Source of the DNA: Candidatus Latescibacterota bacterium
GTDB taxonomy: Bacteria > Krumholzibacteriota > Krumholzibacteriia > WVZY01
Length of the DNA: 64,000 bases
Assembly: GCA_963791045.1 (NCBI GenBank)
Contig: CAWBQK010000006.1
Span: forward strand, 32,001-96,000
Direction of reading: 5' to 3'
Below, in pieces: positions 1 to 10,966 of the stretch (positions are counted from its first letter, which is position 1; every line of letters begins with the position of its first letter). The notes beneath the pieces are model-generated. The model was given only the letters and a program-made list of their open reading frames with translations, ran no database searches and had not been told where the DNA came from. A program made the translations under genes and the position numbers.

Positions 1-114
1 TTTTAGCCATCGGGACCCTCCTCCTGACATTAAATAGGAATCACAATAAAGGGCTTATCATTTCTTGGTTATTATCTATAAATAACACCAGTTTGACTGA
101 ATCAGTTATGGTTT

Positions 115-1203
115 TTACTCTCCCAGAGTCATTCTCAAATAAGCTCTCAATAAAAGGATCCAGTTCTCCATCCAGAACAGCTTCAGTATTACCCATTTCA
201 AAATCTGTGCGGTGATCTTTGACCATATGATACGGATGCAGTACATAGGAACGGATTTGACTGCCCCATTCTGCTTTCTGGTATTCCCCCCGCAGCTCTT
301 CGATTTTTCCTTTTCTTTCTTGCTGTTTCAACGCCAGCAGCCGGCCTTTAAGCACTTTCAGGGCCATTTCTCGATTCTGAGTTTGAGAGCGTTCATTTTG
401 ACAGCTGGCAACAATTCCGGTAGGGATATGGGTGATACGGACCGCGGTATCATTTTTTTGTACACTCTGGCCGCCTGCACCTCCGGATCGGAAAGTGTCG
501 ATCCTCAGGTCATTGGGATTGATATCGATATCATTATCATCATCAACCTGAGGGAGGATTTCTACCAATACGAATGAAGTGTGCCTTCGGTTTGATGAAT
601 CAAAAGGAGAGATCCGCACCAGACGGTGGACACCTTTTTCTGATCGCAGATAACCGTAGGCATAGAGCCCGTTGATCGAGATAGTTGTGCTTTTTATTCC
701 GGCTTCTTCGCCCGGTGTAAGATCCAAGGTTTCTGCTTTAAAACCTCTTTTTTCTGCCCATCGGAGGTACATACGCTGAACCATTTCTGCCCAATCCTGG
801 GCGTCATTCCCCCCTGCACCAGCATGGATGGCGAGCAGGGCATCTCCCCGATCGTATTCTCCTGATAGCATGGCATCAAATTCTCTTTTTTCGATTTCTT
901 CCTGAAGGGCAAGGACTTCCTTCTGAAGGTCATCTTCTAGGCTTTCATCAGCCATTGCTGCTAATTCCATAGCATCATCAAGGCGCTCTTCAAGGGTTAC
1001 CCAGCCTTGCTAATTCATCCTCCAGGTTTGCCAGGGTTTTCATGATCTTCTTGGCTCGATTCTGGTTATCCCATAAATCTGTTGCCTGGGATTCCTTTCT
1101 CAATTTTTCAATCAGAGTTTGTTTTCCGGCTACGTCAAAGACGCTCCAGTAAATTCTGGATCTTCTTCTGACTTTCTACAAGGATGCTGGTTAATGATTC
1201 CAT
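115..1203 (-). CDS. prfB: Peptide chain release factor 2
   Basis: ORF 41-970 has SPF (RISPFDS), GGQ (GGAGGQ) and WGSQIRSY motifs. N-terminus MESLTSIL...LLERL read by hand from ATG 1203 to CTT-TGA at 1140-1135. Extra indels near 1010 and 148 look like errors; the corrected end FIEAYLRMTLGE* stops at 115. Confidence 0.95.
1134..1147 (-). promoter_or_regulatory. prfB programmed +1 ribosomal frameshift site
   Basis: Minus strand reads GGAG-CGT-CTT-TGA-C: internal SD-like GGAG 3 nt before the CTT TGA C shift site at codon 22. Confidence 0.93.
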
Positions 1204-1251
1204 AGATATTCTCCGTTTTCTGATCCCTGAATTGGGATGCTTCTTAAGTTT

Positions 1252-1978
1252 TTATGGGTTATTTTTCACCCAGAATTGATAAAGTGCTATCCCAACTGAT
1301 TGGGCCAGATTCAATGAATCCACGACATCTGCCTGGGGGATCCTGAGACTGGTTCCAAACTGATGATATTCATTCCCAAGCCAGCTGCTTCGCCACCAAA
1401 TACCAGAGCTCAGGCGTGTTGAGATTCACATCCGGAGGGCTATTTTACCATCGGTCATCAATGGATAGATCGTATGTTTTTTGGGAGCCCCAGTAATCTG
1501 TGAAGGATCGAAACCTCTGAAATTGTAAGTGGAAAATTGCTCCCATCGAGGCCCGGATCACTTTTGGATCAAAGGGGTCTGAGGTGGGTTCGATCATGGC
1601 CAGATCTTTGAAATCAAAACCCAACATTGTGCGCATGATTGTTCCAAGGTTTCCCATGCTGGATGGGTTAACCAGAACCAGATGATTAAGTGTGGGGTCC
1701 AACTCTGAATAGAATTTCTTAAAGACCCCGATTGCATAGGTATTTCCTCGTACGGCCAGTTTTTCAACAAGCCGATCATTTTCTATGATCTCGATTTGCA
1801 TATTCCCCGCCAGCAGGCGGATCTTCTCTATCCCCTCATTAAAGGAACCTTTGGAATGCAGCAGGACTGCCTGCACAGAATCCGGCCGAATATTGATCAA
1901 CTCCAGGGTCGGGTAGACACCCAGGCAATATGATATTTCAAAATCTTTTTGATACCTTTTTAATTTTTGTTGCATCAT
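1252..1978 (-). CDS. TrmH/SpoU family RNA methyltransferase (frameshifted in consensus)
   Basis: GNLGTIMRT and KVIRASMGA motifs in ORF 1445-1978; C-terminal SPOUT motif VDSLNLAQSVGIALY in another frame, ending at 1252. Confidence 0.85.
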
Positions 1979-1996
1979 ATCCTCATTCCTGGTGAA

Positions 1997-2893
1997 TTAA
2001 ACTGTTACAAATGATTCGGGATCAAACGGAACCAGGTCATCCGAGCTTTCACCCAGTCCTGCAAATAGTATCGGTAAGCCCAGTTTGTCCTGGATTGCAA
2101 ATGCCATTCCACCTTTTGCTGATGAATCCAATTTGGCTAGAACAATACCATCAAGGGGTATTGCTTGATTGAAAGATTCTGCCTGATGTATAGCATTTTG
2201 ACCGGTTGTTGCATCCACGACCAGCCAGCAGTGATGTGGGGCACAGGGAAAGGCCTTACCAGCGACACGATGAACCTTTTTAAGCTCTTCCATAAGGTTG
2301 TAGCGGGTATGTAGTCGGCCGGCGGTATCGATAATACCAGGTCCTTATTCCTGGATATAGCGGATTGAATCCCATCATAAACGACTGCGCCTGGGTCCCC
2401 ATTTTGCTGGCCTGCAGTGACAGGTATATTCAATCGTTCGCCCCAGATCTGCAGCTGCTCCACTGCTGCAGCCCGGTACGTATCAGCGGCGATGAATTGG
2501 ATATTGAATCCTTGATCCTGATAGAATTTTCCTAATTTTGCAATAGTGGTTGTTTTTCCTGATCCATTCACTCCCGCGATCAGGATCACTTGAGGTTTTT
2601 CCTTTATTATGTTTTCTGGAGGAGTGGTCAACCGGGAAGTCAATTCGTCAATTATCAAACTGCTAAGTTCCTCAGAATGGATGATTCCGATTTTTTCAGT
2701 GCGGGATTTTAGCTGATCAATGATCTCCAGGCTGGTTTGTGCTCCGAGATCCGATTGAATGGAGAGGATCTTCCAGCTTCTCCCAGGTATCGTTATCGAT
2801 CTCACTGGCACCAAAAAAAGTAGCGATTTTTCCAAAGGCCGATTTTCGTGTTTTGGATAGACCGTTTTGCCATTTCTCAAGGTTCTTTTCCAT
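1997..2893 (-). CDS. ftsY: Signal recognition particle receptor FtsY (split over three frames)
   Basis: GLSKTRK N-terminus, GVNGSGKTTTIAKL P-loop, AADTYRAAAVEQL, DATTGQNA and KLDSSAKGG across ORFs 2717-2902, 2137-2880 and 1997-2293. Confidence 0.93.
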
Positions 2894-3032
2894 CGAGAGC
2901 ATTATAACACGGGGGTACTTTCCTGATTGTGGCTAATCACTTCAATGAGAGGGGCTGCTTACGGTATAATTTCACCAAATATGATATTCAAATTTCATGG
3001 AAAACGGATAATTCTGAAATGAGTAAAGGCAA

Positions 3033-3283
3033 ATGATATCTGTTAGGATGTTCTTCTTTTCCACCATTCGGGCTCGGGTCGGCAAAAAAGAGCTGGAGCT
3101 AAGCCTACCGGATGGCTCATCCGTTAGTGATCTGAAAAAAGTAAATTGATCGATTTGTACCCTGCCGCAGCACCCACAGTGAGAAATATGCTTGGTTCGG
3201 TTAATCAGGTTTTCACGGGGGAAGAGGCGATCATCCCCGATCAGGCAGAGATAGCATTTTTTCCTCATGTTAGCGGCGGTTAA
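3033..3283 (+). CDS. MoaD/ThiS family ubiquitin-like sulfur carrier (not in ORF track; one indel at the A-run near 3135-3145)
   Basis: Manual translation: MISVRMFFFSTIRARVGKKELELSLPDGSSVSDLKK/LIDLYPAAAPTVRNMLGSVNQVFTGEEAIIPDQAEIAFFPHVSGG*. C-terminal FPxVSGG-stop and the size are typical of MoaD. Confidence 0.88.
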
Positions 3284-3327
3284 TGATTTAGAAAATTGCG
3301 TATAGGCAATATCATAATAAAGCAAGG

Positions 3328-4419
3328 ATGCGCATGATCCGATGCCGGGTATGTCATACATCTTTTCCAGTTGAAAACTTTTCCCCATCGCTGCCCAGAT
3401 TGCAAAGGTTTATATGGTTTCACAACTGGGCTTGACTTTGCAACTGAAAAGATTGAGCCGGGTCTTCCTGGAATTTGGCGATACGTTCTGGATTTTCCCT
3501 CCCTGATGGAGCCCAGTGATCAGTTTGGGTGAGGGGAATACACCCCTCGTTTGGGCAATGTCAAAGGAAAGAAGGTTGGTTTTAAACTGGAAAGCCAGAA
3601 CCCAACCGGCTCATTCAAGGATCGTGGATCAGCGGTATTGCTGAGTTGGCTGATGGCAGCTGGTATTCATGAAGCAGTAGAGGATTCCTCCGGGAATGCG
3701 GGAGCATCTTTTGCGGCCTATGCCTCAGGGCTGGTATTCGGGGAAAAGTATTTATTCCTGATTCTGCCTCTGGTCCAAAAAGGCACAGATCGAGAGTTAT
3801 GGATCGGAAGTGATTCCTGTACCCGGTCCCCGGTCCAAAGCGGCAGAAGCAGTCTGCAAGAGGTCGATCAGGGAGCGGTGTATGCCGTCCATGCCTATCT
3901 ACCTCACGGAACAGCAGGTATAGCTACGCATAGCCTATGAATTATATGAACAATATTGGAGATGCTCCTGGAACAGTGCTCGTACCGGTTGGTCATGGTA
4001 GTTTACTGCTTGGAATTTGGCTGGGATTCCAGGCTTTGTTAAAGGCAGGAGTCGATCTCCCAGCTTCCAAGACTGGTCGGTGTCCAGGCAGCGGTTTGTG
4101 CTCCTCTGTATGAAGCATTTCAGGCAGACAGCCTGAAAATTGATACTGTATCTGAAGGAAAGACATTGGCTGATGGCGTAGCATATCGGATCCATTTCAT
4201 GGTGAATGAGGTTCTCAAAGCAGTGCGCCACAGCGGCGGATCGTTCATAAGTGGTTGAGGAATCTGATATTCTAAGAGGTCATGAGCGTTAGCTGATCTT
4301 GGCTATATATGCGGAAATGACATCAGCCTTGGTGTGGGATGCCGTTAGAGCAAGTTCAACAATCAGCAGCCGAACCGATTGTCTGTATCATCACCGGCCA
4401 TGGATTGAAAAACGGTTGA
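3328..4419 (+). CDS. Threonine synthase-like PLP-dependent (fold type II) enzyme, several frameshifts
   Basis: N-terminal CxxC...CxxC (CRVC...CPDC), LGEGNTP, KLESQNPTGSFKDRG (PLP lysine), EDSSGNAGAS, PVGHGSLL and C-terminal TGHGLK, assembled across frames. Confidence 0.85.
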
Positions 4420-4550
4420 ACCGTTGCCTATCTTGATGCCATTGGGTATAATAAAATCTTACCGACTAGAAGAAATGGAACTGATGGACAGCGAAATTCT
4501 TGATACTACATTGAAGAGTTTGGCTGACCCTGAGTTCGACGGAGCAGGTC

Positions 4551-5267
4551 ATGGATCAGGTCATGGGTCAGAAAATTAGGAAACTCCCCTAGAATTCAAT
4601 CAAAGAGTTGGACTGGGTTTTATGAACATTGCGTTATTAACCCGGGCTTTGACCCATCGTTCTTACATCAACGAAAATCCAGATGCACTTGAAGATAACG
4701 AACGTCTGGAGTTCCTGGGCGATGCTGTACTGGATTTTATAGTTGCCGCCTGGCTCTACAACCATTATCCAGAAATGACCGAGGGGATTTGACCATGTTG
4801 AGAACAGCCCTGGTGAGGACAGAACAGCTGGCTGATTTTGCCCGTAAAATCGATCTTGGCAGGGCAATGAGGCTGGGTCAGGGTGAGATAGTATCTGGAG
4901 GCAGATCGCGGCGGGCATTCTTTGTGCGGGTTTTGAAGCCTTGATCGGTGGAATATATCTCGATCAGGGGATCAAAGCGGTTGAAGATTTCTTTGAGCCT
5001 TTTATCCAGGAAGCTGATTGAAGATATATTGGAGGACGGTCACCCCCGTGATCCGAAAAGTATGCTCCAGGAATGGACCCAGGCCCGAGGAATGGAACCG
5101 CCTGTATATCAGACTATCAGTGAATCTGGTCCTGACCATGAGAAAATTTTTGAGGTTAATGTCAGTGTGAACGGGATTGTGTCTGGTGTTGGAACGGTAA
5201 CAGTAAGCGGGAAGCATCAAAATTAGCGGCCCAGGAAGCATTGGAAAAACTGTCCCGAATTAAATAA
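4551..5267 (+). CDS. rnc: Ribonuclease III (frameshifted in consensus)
   Basis: ALTHRSY and NERLEFLGDAVL signature read manually from about 4645-4735; dsRBD DPKSMLQEWTQ...GPDHEKIF in ORF 4948-5226. Start codon uncertain. Confidence 0.92.
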
Positions 5268-5295
5268 TCAAAAGAATGAAGGTAACTGAGGTTTC

Positions 5296-8200
5296 ATGCG
5301 ATTAAAATCGATTGAATTAAATGGGTTCAAGACCTTTGCGAGCAAAACTAATTTTGAGTTTGCAGATGAAATCACAGTAATCGTTGGCCCCAATGGATCT
5401 GGGAAGTCCAATATCGCAGATGCGGTTCGCTGGGTGCTTGGGGAACAATCCTATAAGCTGCTGCGTGGAAAGAAAACCCTGGATATGATCTTTTCTGGGT
5501 CTGAGCAACGTCCCAGGGCAGGCATGGCAGCGGTTACAATCACATTTGATAACAGTGATGGTTGGCTTCCAATCGATTTTTCTGAAGTGTCTATTACACG
5601 GCGCGCATTCCGGGATGGAAAAAACGAATATCTCTTGAACGGACAGCAAGTGCTCTTGAGGGATGTGTATGAGCTGCTGGGTCAATCTGGTTTGGCGGAT
5701 CGGACTTATACAATAATCGGACAGGGCCTCGTCGATGCTGCCCTTTCCCTTAAAGCCGAAGAAAGGCGGATGCTTTTTGAAGAAGCTGCTGGCATCGGAC
5801 TGTATCGATCAAGAAAAGCAGATGCGGAAAGGCGATTGGAGAAGACCCATCGCAACCTGGATCGTGTAGAGGATATTCTTTCTGAATTAAGACCCCGATT
5901 GAAAAGTCTGCAGCGCCAAGCGGTCCGAGCGGAGCAGTATGATCAGGTAAAAGCTGACTTCGCGTCCTGCTTCAGGAATGGTATGGTTACCATTGGGCCC
6001 GGGTTCAGGATGATTTAAATAAAGCAAAAAACGAGGAAGCCAAATACCGGATAGAGTTGGATCAATCTCGCAGGAATCAGGCGGATTTTGACCGGGATCT
6101 ATCTGAAAATCAAGCTCGAGTGCAGAGCCAGCGTTCGCGCTTGAACACTTGGCACCGAGAATTATCTGAGCATCATAATCAAAAAGAGAATATCAGCCGG
6201 GAACGTGCAGTTGTAGAGGAACGAATACGTTCGCTGGAAATAAGGATCCAGGATCTGGAAACAGAACGAGTAAGACTTGAGGAACAAACAGTACTTACCC
6301 GAGAACGCCTTGATCATTCCCGGAATGATTTGACATCAGATAAAGCAAACCTGGCAGAGTTCCAGCGGAAAACAGACCAGGCCAAAAAGACTTTGGATGA
6401 AAAAAGATCCCGGATGGGAGCTATTGAAAAGGAAGCAACAACAGCTCAGAAGGATTTGAATGAGTTCACAAATCAACAGATCAGACTTCGATCCCAATTG
6501 GCTGACCGAACAGATCAGATCAATAAAAGGAGAGAACGTGTTCAATCGGCTGAAGAAAAAGTCCAGGAAGCCAAGAAGATCTTTGAGACCCTTCATGAAG
6601 AGTACTTAAAAGTCAAGGGCGAATTCGATCAGGAAAGTGGAGCGAAAACAAGGATTGAAACAGAATTAGATAAGATCCTGGTAGAAAAAGAGGAAGGGAA
6701 CAAGATCCGCCAGGATCTTTATCTTCAGCTTTCTCAGAATAAAACTGAATACAGCAAATTAACAGCAGAGCTGTTGGTTCTCCAGCAATCCGAGCAGAAA
6801 CTTGCAGGATATGCTGAAGGTGCCAAATTATTATTGACCAAATCACGTGATGGGAAACTGTCTGGAGCTCTGGGAACTGTCAGTAATTTCCTGGAGGTTC
6901 AAGAAGAATTTGAGAAATCCATCGCTGCGGTGTTAGGAGACTATTTGGATGCGGTTATCCTCGAAGAGGAAAAAGTAACAGATAAAGCTCTTGAGATACT
7001 GCTGAAGGAAACGACTAAAGGTGTTTTGCTGCCATTAAATCGGTTGGTGGCTCTTGAACGCCCAAAATTGGATGGAAATATTCCAGGATTACTGGGGATT
7101 GCGGCAGATCTGGTTAAAGCTCCTCCAAAATATCGTCCTGCGATCGAGCTGTTGCTGGGCCGAGTGTTTATTCTGAAAGATAAGAAAGATCTAAATCGGG
7201 TACTACGGAATCAACCACCCGGTACAAAAGCTGTGACATTGAAGGGCGAAGTTTTCCACACAACCGGAGAAATTGTTGCTGGAAATGAAGGACAGGCGGG
7301 AGTTCTGAGCCGATCACGCCAGACAAAAAATTGGCAGGAAAAGATCACATCCGCAGCCAGAGAAATAACGGAATTGGAAGATAGCCTTACCAAGGTCGAT
7401 AAGAAGCTATCCGAAATTTCCGGGGAAGAGAGCAGCCTTAAGGCAAAACTCTCGGAAGCAAAGCAAGCTGTCGATAAGATAGATGGAAAATTCCGTCAGA
7501 GTTCTCTTGAAAGAAATGAGGCTGAACAACGGGTTGAATGGGAATCAGCCCAGCATCAACTCCTCTTAAATGAAATCTTGGAAGCGGAAAAAGAGAGTCT
7601 CCAATTGAAGGGTGATCTGGAAAAGATCCAAACTGATATTACGCTTTCCCAGGAACGAGCCTCAAAATCGACCAGTGTTCTGAGCGGGTTTGCTCTTGAT
7701 GATGAACGGGAACAACTAGCTCATTGGGAAACTCAGGTAGCGGTTGCTCAAAGAGCCCTGCAAGATGTCAATCAGCGCGTGGATGAAAGAGAAAGGGCCT
7801 GGTCTGATGCGGATTCCAGGCTCAGAACGAATTCAACATTAAGTTCGGAATATCAGGAGCAAATCAAAAAGCTGAAAGAAGAATCTAATTTTCTGGAGGA
7901 TGGAGAGAAAACAATTCAACAGGAAATTACGGAATTAAGAAATTTAATTGATGAAACAGATCTTGAGTTGAGCAAGGATGAAGAAGAGCAGCGCGAATTA
8001 CAGATCAAAGAAGCGGAGGCGAGGCGAATATTGAATCAATCTGAGCGTACATATGCCCAGTCCGATATCAATTTCACCAGAAACAGGGAAAAGCTGGAAT
8101 CAATCCAGGAACGAATCAAAGAGGATATTGGCCTGGTGGAACTGGAATATAACGAAGATATCTCAGGACCTACCCCGCTGCCTCTGGAAGGTTATGTTCA

Positions 8201-8894
8201 AAAGCTCCCGGTGGTAAAAGATATACCAAAAGATCTGGGAGGCACTATACGTGAACAAAGAGCCCAATTGAAACGCCTGGGAGCTATCAATCCAGAAGCC
8301 CAACACGAATATCGGGAAGTCAATGAACGGCATGATTTTCTGACCGAACAGCTAGTGGACCTGAGAAAGGCTGAGGCAGACTTAAAAGAAGTGATAGCTG
8401 AACTGGATGTCTTAATGGAACGCGAGTTTAGAAAAACCTTTGATGCAGTAGCAATTGAATTTAAGGATATCTTCACTCAATTATTTGGTGGTGGAAAAGG
8501 TCAGTTAATCCTCTCAGACCCAGATGATCTAACAGGATCTGGTGTGGATATCAATGTTCGTTTGCCGGGACGCAGGACACAAGGGTTGTCGTTGCTGTCC
8601 GGTGGTGAAAGAAGTTTGATAGCTGCAGCCTTGATCTTTTCTCTGCTCAGAATATCACCTACACCCTTCTGCGTCCTGGATGAGGTGGATGCAATGCTTG
8701 ATGAATCAAATGTTGCCAGATTCAGAAAGCTGGTCCGAGAATTAAGTTCAGAAACCCAATTTATTGTAATTACCCATAACCGGAACACTGTGCAGGTAGC
8801 GGATATCATATATGGCATAATTATGTCCTCAGATTCATCCAGTCAAGTATTGAGCCTGAAATTGGATGAAGTTGATGAGGTCATTGATTCCTGA
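5296..8894 (+). CDS. smc: Chromosome segregation protein SMC (one frameshift near 5960)
   Basis: GPNGSGKSN Walker A, long coiled coils, hinge region, LSGGE signature, LDEVDAMLD Walker B/D-loop. Confidence 0.96.
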
Positions 8895-8939
8895 TCCAGC
8901 CTGGATACTGAAGTTCCAGGTATATTCAAAACGTCTTCA

Positions 8940-8975
8940 CAGAGATTGAACAACAGGTTCAATCTCTGATCTTTT
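8940..8975 (+). terminator. Probable intrinsic terminator after smc
   Basis: CAGAGATTGAAC-aacag-GTTCAATCTCTG 12-bp hairpin followed by atctttt. Confidence 0.6.
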
Positions 8976-9040
8976 ACTAATATATTTAAGAAACACTTTG
9001 TTCTTTTATTTATTTAAAGGTTAATCCACAGAGTTGGGTT

Positions 9041-9074
9041 TATAATTGATTTCGAAGAGGGGATCCTCTTCGAA
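9041..9074 (+). promoter_or_regulatory. TATAAT -10 box followed by a perfect inverted repeat (operator or 5' hairpin)
   Basis: TATAAT at 9041-9046; TTCGAAGAGG-ggat-CCTCTTCGAA at 9051-9074. Confidence 0.5.
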
Positions 9075-9109
9075 GAAGGTATTTTTTTTCTCATATTTGG
9101 AGTGTTCTT

Positions 9110-9481
9110 ATGGTTTTAACAACTTCTGCCCAATTGGATGTGATCTTAAATACATTTGAACGGAATGTACCGCATGTTCAGGCAACTGCTGTTGTCAGCA
9201 CGGATGGCTTAGTGATTGCTTCCAGGCTTCCAAAAAATGTTGAGGAAGACCGCATAGGTGCCATGGGGGCAGCAATACTTTCTATCAGTTCCCGAAGTGG
9301 AGAAGAATTGGATAGAGGAGAAATGACACGTGTACTAATAGAAGGAACAAATGGGTTTATCCTAATTCGGAGCATTGGTGAATTTGCTATATTGGTAGCC
9401 CTTGTTGAAAAGGAAGTCCGACTTGGTATGTTATTTTATGAATGTAAAAACTGTATAGAAAAACTTAGAGAAATTCTTTAG
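9110..9481 (+). CDS. Roadblock/LC7 (MglB-like) domain protein
   Basis: 123 aa with the characteristic AVVSTDGLVIAS...EDRIGAMGAAIL...VLIEGTNG...LGML pattern. Confidence 0.9.
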   Translation: MVLTTSAQLDVILNTFERNVPHVQATAVVSTDGLVIASRLPKNVEEDRIGAMGAAILSISSRSGEELDRGEMTRVLIEGTNGFILIRSIGEFAILVALVEKEVRLGMLFYECKNCIEKLREIL

Positions 9482-9516
9482 ATTTTTAGAAAGTTTGCAG
9501 CTTCAAGGAGAACAGA

Positions 9517-10023
9517 ATGGCAGACATGAAAAAAGTGGTTCTTGAAAGGGACTTAAACCCTTACCATTCGTTTTTTGCTGCTTTTTTTGGCGGGTTAGGT
9601 GAACTGGGAATGCTAAATCAGGGATCGATCAATATTGTGGCCAAACGAGCAGCTGAATACTTATATGCCTACCTTGATGCGAAGGAAATCCTTCCAGATA
9701 TGGGAAACGTACCTGGTAGATCGAAGGCGGAAGTCATTAAGAACTTGATCTTGTACATCAACAAGATTCTGAGTATGGTTGGAGAATATGACCTGCAAGA
9801 AACAGGTGATGACCAGGTTGTATTGTTAATTTCGGGACAAACCTGCCGTATTTGTCCAAAAGGTGTAGGTGGGGCGGAAGTTAAAGGAACCTTATGCCCG
9901 ATTCCGAGTCTGCTGGAAGCTTTAATCAATTTGATTGCTCAAAATGACATGCTTGAGTTGATTACATCTGGGATTGAAAAAGAAGGTTCCACCTGTAAGG
10001 CCTATTTCAAAGTCTTGAATTAA
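9517..10023 (+). CDS. Hypothetical Cys-containing protein, V4R-like fold suspected
   Basis: 168 aa, AAGGAG RBS; helical N-terminus then CRICPKG...LCP...C-terminal CKAYF, a Cys spacing reminiscent of V4R domains. Confidence 0.55.
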   Translation: MADMKKVVLERDLNPYHSFFAAFFGGLGELGMLNQGSINIVAKRAAEYLYAYLDAKEILPDMGNVPGRSKAEVIKNLILYINKILSMVGEYDLQETGDDQVVLLISGQTCRICPKGVGGAEVKGTLCPIPSLLEALINLIAQNDMLELITSGIEKEGSTCKAYFKVLN

Positions 10024-10050
10024 TCTAAAAAACTTGGGAGAGTATCATCA

Positions 10051-10926
10051 GTGGATAAACTTATTCATACATTTTCCATCGTTGCTTTCGATCCCCATAA
10101 AAGTGAGTGGGGAGTTGCAGTCCAGTCTAAATTTTTAGCCGCAGCGGCAGTTGTATCCTGGGCCAGGGCAAACGCCGGTGCTGTCGCCACTCAATCCTAT
10201 GCAAATGTAACGTACGGTTTCCGGGGATTGGAGCTGATGCAGGAAGGTTTATCAGCAGAAGAAACTATTCAACAGCTAATTAACAACGATGAGAATAAAG
10301 ACCAAAGACAAGTAGGCGTTGTTGATAAAGACGGGAAGGCTGCTTCTTTCACTGGAAAAGAATGCCATGATTGGGCCGGGCATATCGTAGGAGAAGGATA
10401 TGCCTGCCAGGGGAATATCCTGGTGCCAGGCACAGTTGAGGCTATGGCTCAAAAATTCGAAGAAGCACGTTGTGGAGATGGGGAGCTGGCGGATTGGTTG
10501 GTCTCAGCCCTTGAAGCAGGACAGGAAGCTGGCGGAGACAAAAGGGGCCGGCAGGCAGCTGGATTGCTGGTAGTAAGAGAGAAGGGAGGGTACGGAGGAG
10601 ATAATGACCGCTACCTCGATTTACGTGTAGATGATCACCCTTATCCAATTCTCAAGTTAAGACAGCTTACCGAGAATCACCATTTATTTTTTGGTGATGT
10701 GGATCCTGCAGATCTGGTTCCTCTTGATAGTGTTGTCCGGGAACTGCAAGGGATCATGAAAAAAACTGGCCACTTTAAAGATGAGAAAAACGGATTGATC
10801 AGTGAAGCTACTATCACAGCTTTAAAGGCTCTGGTTGGAGAAGAAAACCTTGAAGAACGTTGGAAAGGTGATGAAAATTTGATCGATAATAAAGTTGTCG
10901 AGTATTTAAGAGAGAAATTTTCTTGA
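10051..10926 (+). CDS. DUF1028 family Ntn-hydrolase-like protein with short C-terminal putative peptidoglycan-binding domain
   Basis: HTFSIVA...GVAVQSKFLA...GAVATQS...QGNIL...GGDKRGRQAA...DLRVDDH motifs. Confidence 0.88.
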   Translation: MDKLIHTFSIVAFDPHKSEWGVAVQSKFLAAAAVVSWARANAGAVATQSYANVTYGFRGLELMQEGLSAEETIQQLINNDENKDQRQVGVVDKDGKAASFTGKECHDWAGHIVGEGYACQGNILVPGTVEAMAQKFEEARCGDGELADWLVSALEAGQEAGGDKRGRQAAGLLVVREKGGYGGDNDRYLDLRVDDHPYPILKLRQLTENHHLFFGDVDPADLVPLDSVVRELQGIMKKTGHFKDEKNGLISEATITALKALVGEENLEERWKGDENLIDNKVVEYLREKFS

Positions 10927-10951
10927 CACGTTATGTATATGATGTTAGGAT
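10923..10951 (+). promoter_or_regulatory. Sigma70-type promoter
   Basis: TTGACA (10923-10928), 17-nt spacer, TAGGAT (10946-10951), with extended -10 TG at 10943-10944. Confidence 0.75.
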
Positions 10952-10966
10952 TTATGGCATGAATAT

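Noticed and set aside
3134-3141. GAAAAAAG as a programmed -1 frameshift in the MoaD gene
   Set aside because: In-frame codons are CTG AAA AAA GTA, not the A_AAA_AAG phase; a homopolymer error fits the local error density.
2972-3388. 138-aa Cys-rich minus-strand ORF
   Set aside because: Antisense shadow of the MoaD/ThiS gene and the start of the thrC-like gene on the plus strand.
4475-4579. In-frame TAG upstream of the rnc core as amber readthrough or pyrrolysine
   Set aside because: A better start with GGAG exists at 4551 in another frame, so an indel explains it; no pyl genes are seen and the MttB gene has no amber codon.
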